Shown here one piece after another: positions 1-8,393 of a stretch of 64,000 nt of DNA. The DNA is from an uncultured Eubacteriales bacterium (GTDB taxonomy: Bacteria; Acidobacteriota; Aminicenantia; Aminicenantales; Aminicenantaceae): positions 46,800 through 110,799 of the forward strand of contig CAYNVQ010000006.1 in NCBI GenBank assembly GCA_964400735.1. The letters are read 5' to 3'. A model generated the notes under the pieces. The model ran no database searches, had not been told where the DNA came from, and was given only the letters and a program-made list of their open reading frames with translations. A program made the position numbers and the translations under genes. The first letter of the stretch is position 1. Each line of letters starts with the position of its first letter.

Positions 1-2
1 GG

Positions 3-797
3 ACCATCTACATGGAACAGGGCATGCGCGATCGAGCGGTCGAGGAGTTCCTGAAATCTTTAGAATTGGACTCCGGATACACGCAGGCCCATTATAATCT
101 GGGGCGGGTCTATTTGCTGGAGGGAAGGATAGAGGAGGCCATCGAAAAATTCAAAGAGGCGGTTCGCCTCAGGCCGCGTTATTTAAAGGCCCTCTCCAAT
201 CTTGGGTCGGCTTATTTGAAAGCGGGCATGATCGACAAGGCAATCGAAGAGTGCCAGAGGGTGCTGGATATCGATCCTGGATATTCTGTGGCTTATGCCA
301 ATCTGGGTTACGCCTATTTGAAAAAGGAGATGCTGGATAAAGCCAAAGAGGCCGCCCAGAGAGCCAGCTCGCTTGATCCTGCTCTTCCTCAGCCCCATAA
401 CATCATGGGAATTCTGCTCGAGGCCGAAGGTGAATTCGACGAAGCCGGGCAGGAATATAAGATCGCTTTAGATTTGGACCCCGATTATCTGGAGGCCCAT
501 CTCAACCTGGCTAACCTCCATTTCAAGAAGGGAGAAAACCCGAGGGCCTTGATCCATTATAAAGAGGTGCTCAGGATCGATCCCCTTCATGCCCAGGCCC
601 ACAACAACCTGGCTGTGATCTATTATTACCAAGAGAATTACAAAAAATCCTGGGAACATCTCCAAAAGGCAGAAGCGGCCGGTCTCGCTGTCCATCCCGA
701 CTTCAAAAAGGAATTGCTAAAAAAGATTAAAAAAGGGACGTTTCTTTTTTTGCTTCGGATATCCGACAAAATAATAGATAATAATTTAGTTTTTTAG
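3..797 (+). CDS. Tetratricopeptide-repeat protein, C-terminal part; 5' end is outside the window
   Basis: The ORF is open to the window start in frame. It holds repeated 34-aa TPR-like units, each with Y..LG..Y...G..eEAI..f..AL.L.P.Y..A..NLG hallmarks, for example AHYNLGRVYLLEGRIEEAIEKFKEAVRLRPRY and AYANLGYAYLKKEMLDKAKEAAQRASSLDP. Confidence 0.7.
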   Translation, partial: TIYMEQGMRDRAVEEFLKSLELDSGYTQAHYNLGRVYLLEGRIEEAIEKFKEAVRLRPRYLKALSNLGSAYLKAGMIDKAIEECQRVLDIDPGYSVAYANLGYAYLKKEMLDKAKEAAQRASSLDPALPQPHNIMGILLEAEGEFDEAGQEYKIALDLDPDYLEAHLNLANLHFKKGENPRALIHYKEVLRIDPLHAQAHNNLAVIYYYQENYKKSWEHLQKAEAAGLAVHPDFKKELLKKIKKGTFLFLLRISDKIIDNNLVF

Positions 798-1028
798 AAG
801 CGCGGGATTATTATGATTCCTTATTTTTTTTGATTTCGATGCCGGAAAATCAGTAAATGGGATAAAATGGGGAAGGAAAGGTAAATATTTCAAACTGGCC
901 ATCGAGGTCGCAAACATTGATTATAGATGATCGAAAAAGATTATGGGCGGACAACAAGGCAAAAACGGAAGAAAGATGAACCTTTATTTTGAGAAAAACG
1001 TATAAAACTAGTGAGAGGGATTTGTATC

Positions 1029-1484
1029 ATGAAAAAGACATTTTTGGCGGTGATCATAGGTATTTTGTTCCTTTGTGCCGTGTCCTCGGCTCAGGATCAT
1101 GGATTCGGATTGGGTATCATCGTGGGCGAACCCACAGGTGTCAGTCTTAAGACCTGGACAGGGAGCCGGACAGGCCTCGATTTCGCTGTCGCCTGGTCGT
1201 TCGGCCGCAACGATGCTTTACACATTCATGTCGATTATTTATTCCACAATTTCAGCCTTTTTGATGTCGAAAAGGGAGACCTTGTCCTTTATTATGGGGT
1301 AGGAGGCAGGGTTAAAGCAGAAGAAAAAGCCCGAGTTGGAGTCCGCATCCCGATCGGCATAAGCTACTTTTTTAAAAAAGATCCAATTGAGATCTTTTTC
1401 GAGCTCGGCCCCATCCTCGATTTGGCCCCCAGCACCGAGTTTACTGTGACCGGCGGCATCGGCATCCGCTACTTTTTTGATTGA
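1029..1484 (+). CDS. Small outer-membrane beta-barrel-like protein with signal peptide
   Basis: The ATG at 1029 is preceded by GAGAGGGA. The N-terminus MKKTFLAVIIGILFLCAVSSAQD is a signal peptide. The body has alternating amphipathic beta-strand character and ends in an aromatic C-terminus, ...GIGIRYFFD. The track ORF beginning MRGICI would start from an upstream GTG. Confidence 0.5.
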   Translation: MKKTFLAVIIGILFLCAVSSAQDHGFGLGIIVGEPTGVSLKTWTGSRTGLDFAVAWSFGRNDALHIHVDYLFHNFSLFDVEKGDLVLYYGVGGRVKAEEKARVGVRIPIGISYFFKKDPIEIFFELGPILDLAPSTEFTVTGGIGIRYFFD

Positions 1485-1632
1485 AATAAGGTCATCCTTT
1501 CTTTGAAATATGGGGGACGTTTTTCTTTTTTTCTCTTTTTTGCCTACTTTAGTTCTTGAATTTTAGCCTTTCTTATTACTTCTATTAATAAATCCGCCAC
1601 GTTTCATTGATTTTGTTCTTTTCTTCGATAAC

Positions 1633-1661
1633 TTGACAGAATCATTCAACTGCCGTAACGT
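1633..1661 (+). promoter_or_regulatory. Putative promoter of HK1 module: TTGACA-N17-TAACGT
   Basis: cTTGACAgaatcattcaactgccgTAACGTttaagtg lies about 60 nt upstream of the HK1 start. It has nearly the same architecture and spacer sequence as the element upstream of the paralogous HK2 at 11302..11330. Confidence 0.45.
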
Positions 1662-1723
1662 TTAAGTGTAGGTAGGATGATGGTTTAGGTGAGGGAACAG
1701 TATCCCCTTTTCTGTGAAGAAGT

Positions 1724-3871
1724 ATGCTTGATAATCTTATAATCGCCGTCAAAAGGCAAAAAAAGCTGATCATCATTTTCCTGCTCACCATTTTTCTCCC
1801 TTCCATTGCGCTCAGTATTTTTGGAATAAGGGCCATAAGGAATGACAGATTCAGATTGGTTCAACAGCTGGAAGACGAGCACAAAAGGGCAGCCACCTTC
1901 TTGAAGAATCAGATTGACTCCCGGTTCGAGGATGTCGGAATCAAACTGCAGAATCTGGTACAGAATACAGCTTTCGGGCAAAAAAATTACGCCCTTATCA
2001 AAGAGGCACTCAACAATCAGTCTCAAAATGATCCGCTCATCGAACTCGTTTTTCTGGCCTATAAGAATGAGGAGCCGTTGTTTCCTCTTTTTCTGCCAAT
2101 TTCTCCAATTAGAGCGTCTCCAGTCTTATCTCCTCCGGGCAGCGCCCTGAGAGAGAGGCTGGAAAGGGCCCAGAGAATGGAATTCGGCCAGAAGAATTTC
2201 TCTGAAGCAGCGACCCTGTATGAGCAGATTCTCTCCCGCTCTGAAGACAAAGACATCCAGGCACAAATGCTCAACAATATGGCCCGATGTTACACGAAGT
2301 TGGAAAATTATGACAAGGCCATCCGCTGCTATTCACGAATCTGTGAGGAGTATCCTCAGTGTATGACCTCTTCTTCATTACCCTTGGACCTGATAGCCAA
2401 GATTCAGATTGTCAAATGCTACAGAAGCATGGGGGCTTACGATATCTTCTTAACATCCGCTCTAGATTTATACAGGAAGCTTCTCCAGAGGAAGTGGTGT
2501 CTGGACGCCGACCAATTCAATACCTATGCTTTAATGGTCGAAAAGGATCTTTCGGACCTTTTATCGATGGAAGAAAGAAAATCGGACAACGATGGCTACT
2601 ATCAAGAATTTGCGGAACTGAAAGAACTCCATCGCCAATTGGATGAGCAGTGGGAGGTGGTCAGAAATGTAAAAAACTCTATCCTACCCGAGCTCCAGGG
2701 AAGATTTACTCTGAATCCCGCTTATCCCTTCGCTCCTATCCGTCATTCAAAGACTATAGGCCAAAAAAATTACCTTGTTGTTGCCTCAGCTGTCCCTCAA
2801 AATGAAAATGAGGAGTTTATCGGCTTGCTCGGTGTCAAAATCGATGACCGGCATCTTCTCGACAGCGAAATTATCAGCATATTGGGTGATTTCCCCTTTT
2901 CACAAGAAGCGTCTTTATCCGTTTCCACTCTTTCAGGGAGAACTCTTTTAGAATATGGGAATCATTCTTATCATGATCCTAGCGCAACAACTTATTTCAA
3001 CGAAAGCTTCCCTCCCTGGAGAGTAGATTTTTTTCCGGCTGATAATGGAGGTTTAGGTGTCCTGAACCTGAGAAAAAGTTTCTATTTCTGGACTATTCTG
3101 ACTGTCCTGGTCCTCCTCACCTTTGGAGCTGTGCTCGTGGTCAGGACCGTCGCTCACGAGATGGAAGTCCTCAGGGTCAAGTCGGATTTTGTCTCCTCGG
3201 TTTCCCATGAGTTTCAAACTCCCATAACAGCCATTAAAGCTTCGATAGAGAGACTTCAGCAGGGAAAAGTCAGGACTCCTGAAAAAAGGGAGGAGTATTA
3301 TTCGATCATATCCAAAGATGCCGATAAATTGGGCAGCCTGGTGCGGAACATTCTGGATTATTCTAAAGTCGACGCTGGACGCAAACAGTATTTCTTCCAT
3401 GAAACAGATTTGGCTCAACTGGTCAAGGAAGAAATCATGAACTTTGAAAGAGACAAAATTTTCGCCAGGATTAAGATCGAAACCCAGATATCACCGGGTG
3501 TTCCAGTTATCGATGTAGACAAAGAAGCTTTTTCTTTAGCCTTCAATAATCTTTTGGAAAATGCTGTTAAATTTTCCCCTGGTCAAAAAAAGGTCTATGT
3601 GGAGGTCCGAGAGGAGGCAGAAAGTGTCAGGGTGGATGTCAGGGACAAAGGCTCGGGCATTACCTCCAGCGAAACGGATAAAATTTTCGATAAATTTTAT
3701 CAGGGAAAAAATGCAGCCCGGCAGTCCTTTAGAGGGACAGGTCTTGGATTGACATTGGTCAAGCATGTGATGGAAGCCCATGGGGGAAAGGTTCTAGTAG
3801 AAAGCGAAATTGGAAAGGGGAGCACATTTTCACTTATCTTTCCCCAAAAACATAGAGGGAGTAAGCCTTGA
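1724..3871 (+). CDS. Sensor histidine kinase, module 1: TM1, ~420-aa extracytoplasmic TPR-like sensor domain, TM2, HisKA, HATPase; no HAMP
   Basis: TM helices are LIIIFLLTIFLPSIALSIFGI and FYFWTILTVLVLLTFGAVLVV. The H-box SVSHEFQTPITAI follows TM2 directly. N, G1 and G2 boxes are present: [17 protein letters not shown] and GTGLGLTLV. Conserved FPPW and AExEFxQKN motifs are shared with the six paralogs in the window. Confidence 0.85.
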   Translation: MLDNLIIAVKRQKKLIIIFLLTIFLPSIALSIFGIRAIRNDRFRLVQQLEDEHKRAATFLKNQIDSRFEDVGIKLQNLVQNTAFGQKNYALIKEALNNQSQNDPLIELVFLAYKNEEPLFPLFLPISPIRASPVLSPPGSALRERLERAQRMEFGQKNFSEAATLYEQILSRSEDKDIQAQMLNNMARCYTKLENYDKAIRCYSRICEEYPQCMTSSSLPLDLIAKIQIVKCYRSMGAYDIFLTSALDLYRKLLQRKWCLDADQFNTYALMVEKDLSDLLSMEERKSDNDGYYQEFAELKELHRQLDEQWEVVRNVKNSILPELQGRFTLNPAYPFAPIRHSKTIGQKNYLVVASAVPQNENEEFIGLLGVKIDDRHLLDSEIISILGDFPFSQEASLSVSTLSGRTLLEYGNHSYHDPSATTYFNESFPPWRVDFFPADNGGLGVLNLRKSFYFWTILTVLVLLTFGAVLVVRTVAHEMEVLRVKSDFVSSVSHEFQTPITAIKASIERLQQGKVRTPEKREEYYSIISKDADKLGSLVRNILDYSKVDAGRKQYFFHETDLAQLVKEEIMNFERDKIFARIKIETQISPGVPVIDVDKEAFSLAFNNLLENAVKFSPGQKKVYVEVREEAESVRVDVRDKGSGITSSETDKIFDKFYQGKNAARQSFRGTGLGLTLVKHVMEAHGGKVLVESEIGKGSTFSLIFPQKHRGSKP

Positions 3872-4566
3872 TGAGAATAAGGGTGCTCATTGTAGAGGAT
3901 GATCAGGGTATCCTATTAAACCTCAAGGACGAATTCGAATCCTATGGGTGCACGGTTTTTTCAGCCGAAGATGGAAACGAGGGGCTGACCTTGGCAAGGG
4001 AAAAAAGGCCGGATCTGATCATATTGGACCTGATGCTTCCCGGCAAGGATGGCTATGAGGTGTGCCGAGAGTTGAGGAGCGAGGGCAGCAAGACGCCCAT
4101 CATCATGCTGACGGCCAAGACTCAAGAGATCGATAAGGTGCTGGGCTTGGAGCTGGGAGCCGACGACTATGTGACCAAGCCTTTCAGCCTCAGGGAGCTC
4201 ATGGCAAGGGTGAAAGCGGTGTTGAGAAGAACAGGAGAGCGGACAGAGGATCAAAAGGCCCTCGATACCTACAGCTTTGGCCGGATTGAGCTGGACTTTA
4301 AAAGATATGAGGCCAAAAAAAAGGGGAAAAAATTAAAGCTCACTCCTTTACAATTCCATATGCTAAGACTTCTCATTCAGAACAAGGGAGAAGTCCTTTC
4401 CAGAAATGAGCTGCTCGATGAAATCTGGGGAAAGGACAATGTTTGGATTTCGCACCGTACCATAGATAGCCATATGGCCAATATCCGAAGGAAGATAGAG
4501 GCCGATCCTGCCAACCCCAAACACATCCTCAGCATTAGAGGGGTGGGGTATAAGTTTGTGGATTGA
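3871..4566 (+). CDS. OmpR-family response regulator, module 1: receiver plus winged-helix
   Basis: Receiver motifs are present: LIVEDD, phospho-acceptor D in IILDLMLPGKDG, the T in LMLTA and the K in YVTKPF. The C-terminus carries a trans_reg_C domain, ...SIRGVGYKFVD. The ATG overlaps the HK1 stop as TGATG. The track start at 3868 is an upstream TTG. Confidence 0.9.
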   Translation: MRIRVLIVEDDQGILLNLKDEFESYGCTVFSAEDGNEGLTLAREKRPDLIILDLMLPGKDGYEVCRELRSEGSKTPIIMLTAKTQEIDKVLGLELGADDYVTKPFSLRELMARVKAVLRRTGERTEDQKALDTYSFGRIELDFKRYEAKKKGKKLKLTPLQFHMLRLLIQNKGEVLSRNELLDEIWGKDNVWISHRTIDSHMANIRRKIEADPANPKHILSIRGVGYKFVD

Positions 4567-4643
4567 CGGCTTGTGCGCGTAAAATGCAGTGTATTTGCAC
4601 ATTTCCTGAACACATATGCCCTTCGATAGACATATATTAAATT

Positions 4644-6827
4644 GTGGGAGAAAGAAAGAGCTTAAATAGCATAAGACAGGTGAGAAAATTGGACATGTAT
4701 AAAAGATTCCTGCTCCCTTCTTTCGTATTATGCTTTAGCTTTCTCATTCTCACCACTTATTTAGCGGCACAGCAAACCGCAGGAGAGATGTTCCAGGAGG
4801 CGCTCTACTTGGAAGAGGCCGAAGGAGACCTGGAGCGGGCCATCGAGCTTTACCAGAAGATTTTGGAGCAGTTTGCAGGAGAAAGGGAGGTGGCTGTCAA
4901 GGCCCAACTCCACATCGGCCTCTGCTATGAAAAATTGGGCTTGAAGGAGGCTCAGGAAGCTTTCGAGAAGGTTATCGAAAATTTTCCGGATCAAGAAGAA
5001 GAGGTGAAGATCGCGCGGCAAAAATTGGCCCGTCTGGTGAAGGCGAAAGCCGTGATCGAGGATAAAAAAACAGAGCTGAGTATGCAGAAGGTATTCACTG
5101 GTATCAACAGGGATTTTGTCGGTACGCCATCTCCTGATGGGCGATACCTTTCCACGGTGGATTGGGAGACCGGAGACCTGGCTATCAAGGAGATCCCTTC
5201 CGGCAAACTGCGCCGCCTCACCCATAAGCACAACTGGGTAGAGTCGCAGGAGTATGCTCTCGTCTCCGTTTGGTCTCCTGATGGGAAAAAATTGGCCTAT
5301 TCATGGATGAATGAGGATCGCTTTTTTGAGCTTCGTACTATTGGCTTGGATGGCTCAGAGCCGCAAGTCCTTTATCGAAATAAAGAAAATTTTTATGTTC
5401 ATCCATTTGACTGGTCCCCAGATGGAAGATATGTCTTAGCAGGACTGGGAAAAGGCCAGAGGATCACTCAGATAACGACGATCTCAGTAAAGGACGGAGC
5501 AGTCAGGATTCTAAAAAAACACAAGGTTAATACCGGTTTAAAAGATGACATTTATGAGTCTGGATTTTACCTGCCCGATGGGAAGACCATTATCTTCGGT
5601 TTTGTCGCAGAAATACCAGGCTCTCGAGGAAGTGATATTGCGCTTCTTTCAGCCGAAGGTGGTGGTGAGCAAGTCATTCTTGTCGAGGACCCTGCACATG
5701 ACGTGCCGCTCGTTTGGGACCCTCATGGCGAAAGGCTTCTTTTCATGAGCGACCGGACAGGGAATATGGATCTATGGGCCCTGGAGATGAAACAAGGCAA
5801 ACCTCAGGGAAAGCCTTACCTCCTCAAAAAAGATATAGGAAGGATAACCGCTCTAGGATTCACGGATGATGAGGACCTGTATTATGTGCAGTACGCAGGT
5901 ATGAACGATGTTTACACGGCAACTCTAGACCCCATGACAAATTCTTTTTCAGCACCTCCACAGAGGGCCACGAAGCTGTTTATCGGAGCCAATAGGTCAC
6001 CTGATTTTTCTCCGGACGGGAAATCCCTGGCCTATATTTCTGAGAGATCATACGGACCCGGACGTTTCACAACGCCGGTCATATGTATTCAATCTTTGGG
6101 CTCTGGCGAAAAGCGCGAACTCGTTACGAAACTCGATCGCATATATTTTATCCGCTGGTCGGCTGATGGGAAAAATTTCTATTCTCATGGATTCGACGGA
6201 AAAGGACGGACAGGCCTTTTTTCCATCGACGGCAAAACAGGTGACCTAGATTTATTATTGGATTGTGGAGAAGAGGAGTACATTCCTGAGCTCGATGTGT
6301 TTCCAGATGGGAAAAGGATCGTGTACAAGATGTGGGAGCAAAAGAGGCAGGGAGATGGATATATCATGAGCATTAGGGTTCGAGATATCCAGAGTGGGAA
6401 AGAAGAAGAGATCTATCGCCACGAGAATGCCAGTCAGACCGATTGTGTGACCTTATCTTCGGATAGCCAATGGATAGCCTTCGATGACCGGGTTCGCTTC
6501 CCGACATTAAACGTCATTCCTGCCACAGGAGGAGAAGCTGAGGAGCTGTATCGAATGGAGTTTGGAGAGAGTATCCTTTCATTGGCTTGGAGGCCGGGGG
6601 AACAAGAAATATTTTTTGTTAAAGGAGCAGAACTTAATCAACTGTGGAGGGTAAATTTAGAGGATAAAGAACCGCAGAGGATGGACTTTTCGATGAGAAG
6701 TCTGGGTGATTTACGCTTCCATCCGGATGGGAGGCATATTGCCTTCCATGCAGGGTATGTAGAAGTCGAGGTCTGGGTGATGGAAAATTTGCTGCACTTG
6801 GAAAGAAAAGACAAAGTTTTTAGATAA
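4644..6827 (+). CDS. Secreted TPR-like plus PD40/TolB-like beta-propeller protein, module 1
   Basis: The probable true start is the ATG near 4695, giving MYKRFLLPSFVLCFSFLILTTYLAAQQ as signal peptide. The N-terminal helical domain carries the family motif AVKAQLHIGLCYEKLG. There are multiple PD40 repeats: SPDGRY, WSPDGKK, WSPDGRY, FSPDGKS, FPDGKR and HPDGRH. The family C-terminal motif is VWVMENLLH. Confidence 0.8.
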   Translation: MGERKSLNSIRQVRKLDMYKRFLLPSFVLCFSFLILTTYLAAQQTAGEMFQEALYLEEAEGDLERAIELYQKILEQFAGEREVAVKAQLHIGLCYEKLGLKEAQEAFEKVIENFPDQEEEVKIARQKLARLVKAKAVIEDKKTELSMQKVFTGINRDFVGTPSPDGRYLSTVDWETGDLAIKEIPSGKLRRLTHKHNWVESQEYALVSVWSPDGKKLAYSWMNEDRFFELRTIGLDGSEPQVLYRNKENFYVHPFDWSPDGRYVLAGLGKGQRITQITTISVKDGAVRILKKHKVNTGLKDDIYESGFYLPDGKTIIFGFVAEIPGSRGSDIALLSAEGGGEQVILVEDPAHDVPLVWDPHGERLLFMSDRTGNMDLWALEMKQGKPQGKPYLLKKDIGRITALGFTDDEDLYYVQYAGMNDVYTATLDPMTNSFSAPPQRATKLFIGANRSPDFSPDGKSLAYISERSYGPGRFTTPVICIQSLGSGEKRELVTKLDRIYFIRWSADGKNFYSHGFDGKGRTGLFSIDGKTGDLDLLLDCGEEEYIPELDVFPDGKRIVYKMWEQKRQGDGYIMSIRVRDIQSGKEEEIYRHENASQTDCVTLSSDSQWIAFDDRVRFPTLNVIPATGGEAEELYRMEFGESILSLAWRPGEQEIFFVKGAELNQLWRVNLEDKEPQRMDFSMRSLGDLRFHPDGRHIAFHAGYVEVEVWVMENLLHLERKDKVFR

Positions 6828-7059
6828 TACAAGTCACCTCACTTTGATAGCCTTTCAAAATATCTCCCAAATTTTCATAAAATTGATAATTGCATAATAT
6901 GTACAATTTAAGGATTTTCGGGTCATTCACAGATGATCAAGAATAATCATCGATTGATGGAAATGGTATGGGAGTTATATACTCATGGACGATGAGCGGA
7001 TCGCCGCTTTATAAATAAGGGCTGGAGCAACGACCCGCTCTTTATAAAGCTTGAATATT

Positions 7060-8058
7060 TTACTGAGTAACGGGATTTTTGATGAAGTCGATGTAGAAAT
7101 AGAAATCGCCTTTTGCTTCCATGGAATAGTACCATGTCGCTCTACCTTTATTGCGCTCACAGTACCGCTCTTGGACCTTAAGGTTAATGTATTCTGGAAG
7201 ACTAAGACTTGCAGGGAAAGTTCTGTTTAATAAATCATAATCAAGCACCCTTATTCTCCACACCCCGTCACTTCCTATTCCGTATTCTGCTTCATATAAT
7301 CCTTCGTTTAACCTCTCTATCGCAATATTCATAGGCTCACCTTTTTCCACCAGAGCTTCATAATTGATATTTCTGTAGAATTCAATATCATGATAGGCCG
7401 GGTTGGCTTCGCATTTATCCCGATAACGAGCTACCATTATAAAATAATCTCCGTTTCCTCCAGGAGCACAAGCACTTCCAAATCCATAAATTTCTCCAGG
7501 TATCATGCTTTCAATATCTTTGTCGGAGGTAATCCAAACATAAATGTAGAAAGACACATAGTCAGGGTGAGGGTGAGTGCTGTTCAAGAAATCGGCCATA
7601 CAACCAGGGTCGCAATCAAGACCTATACAATCTCCTCCTGCACATAAATCATCAGGGAATTGGCAGCAAGGCCTGCCCTCATCAGGATACGCTATATCAT
7701 CCCAATTACCAACGTTTACACCCTGAAAGCGTACATATTTAGATGGAGGGCTTCCGAGATTTTCGTTTTTAAGTACAAAACTAAAGTCGTTCTTTTCGAC
7801 TTTCACCTCGGTAGAAGAGCCATTTTCATACAAACCATCAGTACTTTCCATTCCATAAAGCATATTACCTGAATCTTCGATTGGAATTCGAACCGCCCAG
7901 GTGGCTTGTGGTTCACTCGGTTTATCGGGTTTCCCTGGATTTTCAGGTTTTTTCTGGATTTGGACCTGAGCCTGCATAAGGCTGATGCCGGCCAGAAACA
8001 CAACCATCACAAAGACACTTAAAATCCCCAAAAAACTTAGTTTTCGGACTTTTCTCAA
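7060..8058 (-). CDS. Hypothetical secreted cysteine-rich protein
   Basis: The N-terminus MRKVRKLSFLGILSVFVMVVFLAGISLMQAQ is a signal peptide, followed by a Pro/Lys-rich linker, KPENPGKPDKPSEP. A Cys cluster, CCQFPDDLCAGGDCIGLDCDPGC, is present. No family recognised. Confidence 0.5.
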   Translation of the reverse strand: MRKVRKLSFLGILSVFVMVVFLAGISLMQAQVQIQKKPENPGKPDKPSEPQATWAVRIPIEDSGNMLYGMESTDGLYENGSSTEVKVEKNDFSFVLKNENLGSPPSKYVRFQGVNVGNWDDIAYPDEGRPCCQFPDDLCAGGDCIGLDCDPGCMADFLNSTHPHPDYVSFYIYVWITSDKDIESMIPGEIYGFGSACAPGGNGDYFIMVARYRDKCEANPAYHDIEFYRNINYEALVEKGEPMNIAIERLNEGLYEAEYGIGSDGVWRIRVLDYDLLNRTFPASLSLPEYINLKVQERYCERNKGRATWYYSMEAKGDFYFYIDFIKNPVTQ

Positions 8059-8393
8059 TTTAACCTCCTTTTCTGATTTTTACTGATTTTAGATTGCCAG
8101 GTTTAAAAAATTTTTATTTTCCATCACCTCCTCTCTTTTTGTTCAGATGTCGCTGTGGTTGTTTTTAATATAGGAATTTTCTGAATGGCTTGTGTTAAAG
8201 AACTGTGCAAATTTCCCACATATTCCGTGGAAGCTATATCGAAAGACCACCTTCTTCCAGAGGATCTGTAGAAATCAGAGGAAGGCGTTTGATTAGTAGG
8301 GGAGCCTGCCCAAGAAGGGAGCCGACCTGAAATGGTTATTAAAGTTAAACAATTTTTAGTTTCTGTTCCTGGTCTGGTGGATCCGGATAACCG

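Noticed and set aside
4644-4694. N-terminal extensions in several track ORFs (MGERKS.. at 4644, MMRIRV at 3868, MTFVYV.. at 51233, MAMTTQ.. at 19387, MDDGEF.. at 45520, MAHDFY.. at 30243)
   Set aside because: These begin at GTG/TTG or upstream ATGs lacking an RBS and delay the signal peptide. Internal ATGs with Shine-Dalgarno sequences and an immediate signal peptide or paralog-collinear N-termini are preferred. True starts need experimental confirmation.
6994-7049. GAGCGG...CCGCTC inverted repeat with a perfect 10-bp palindrome CTTTATAAAG and a direct CGCT(C)TTTATAAA repeat, between convergent genes
   Set aside because: A plausible bidirectional terminator or protein-binding site, but it is AT-rich, has no G+C stem plus U-tract, and has no second copy elsewhere in the window. 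Too weak to call.
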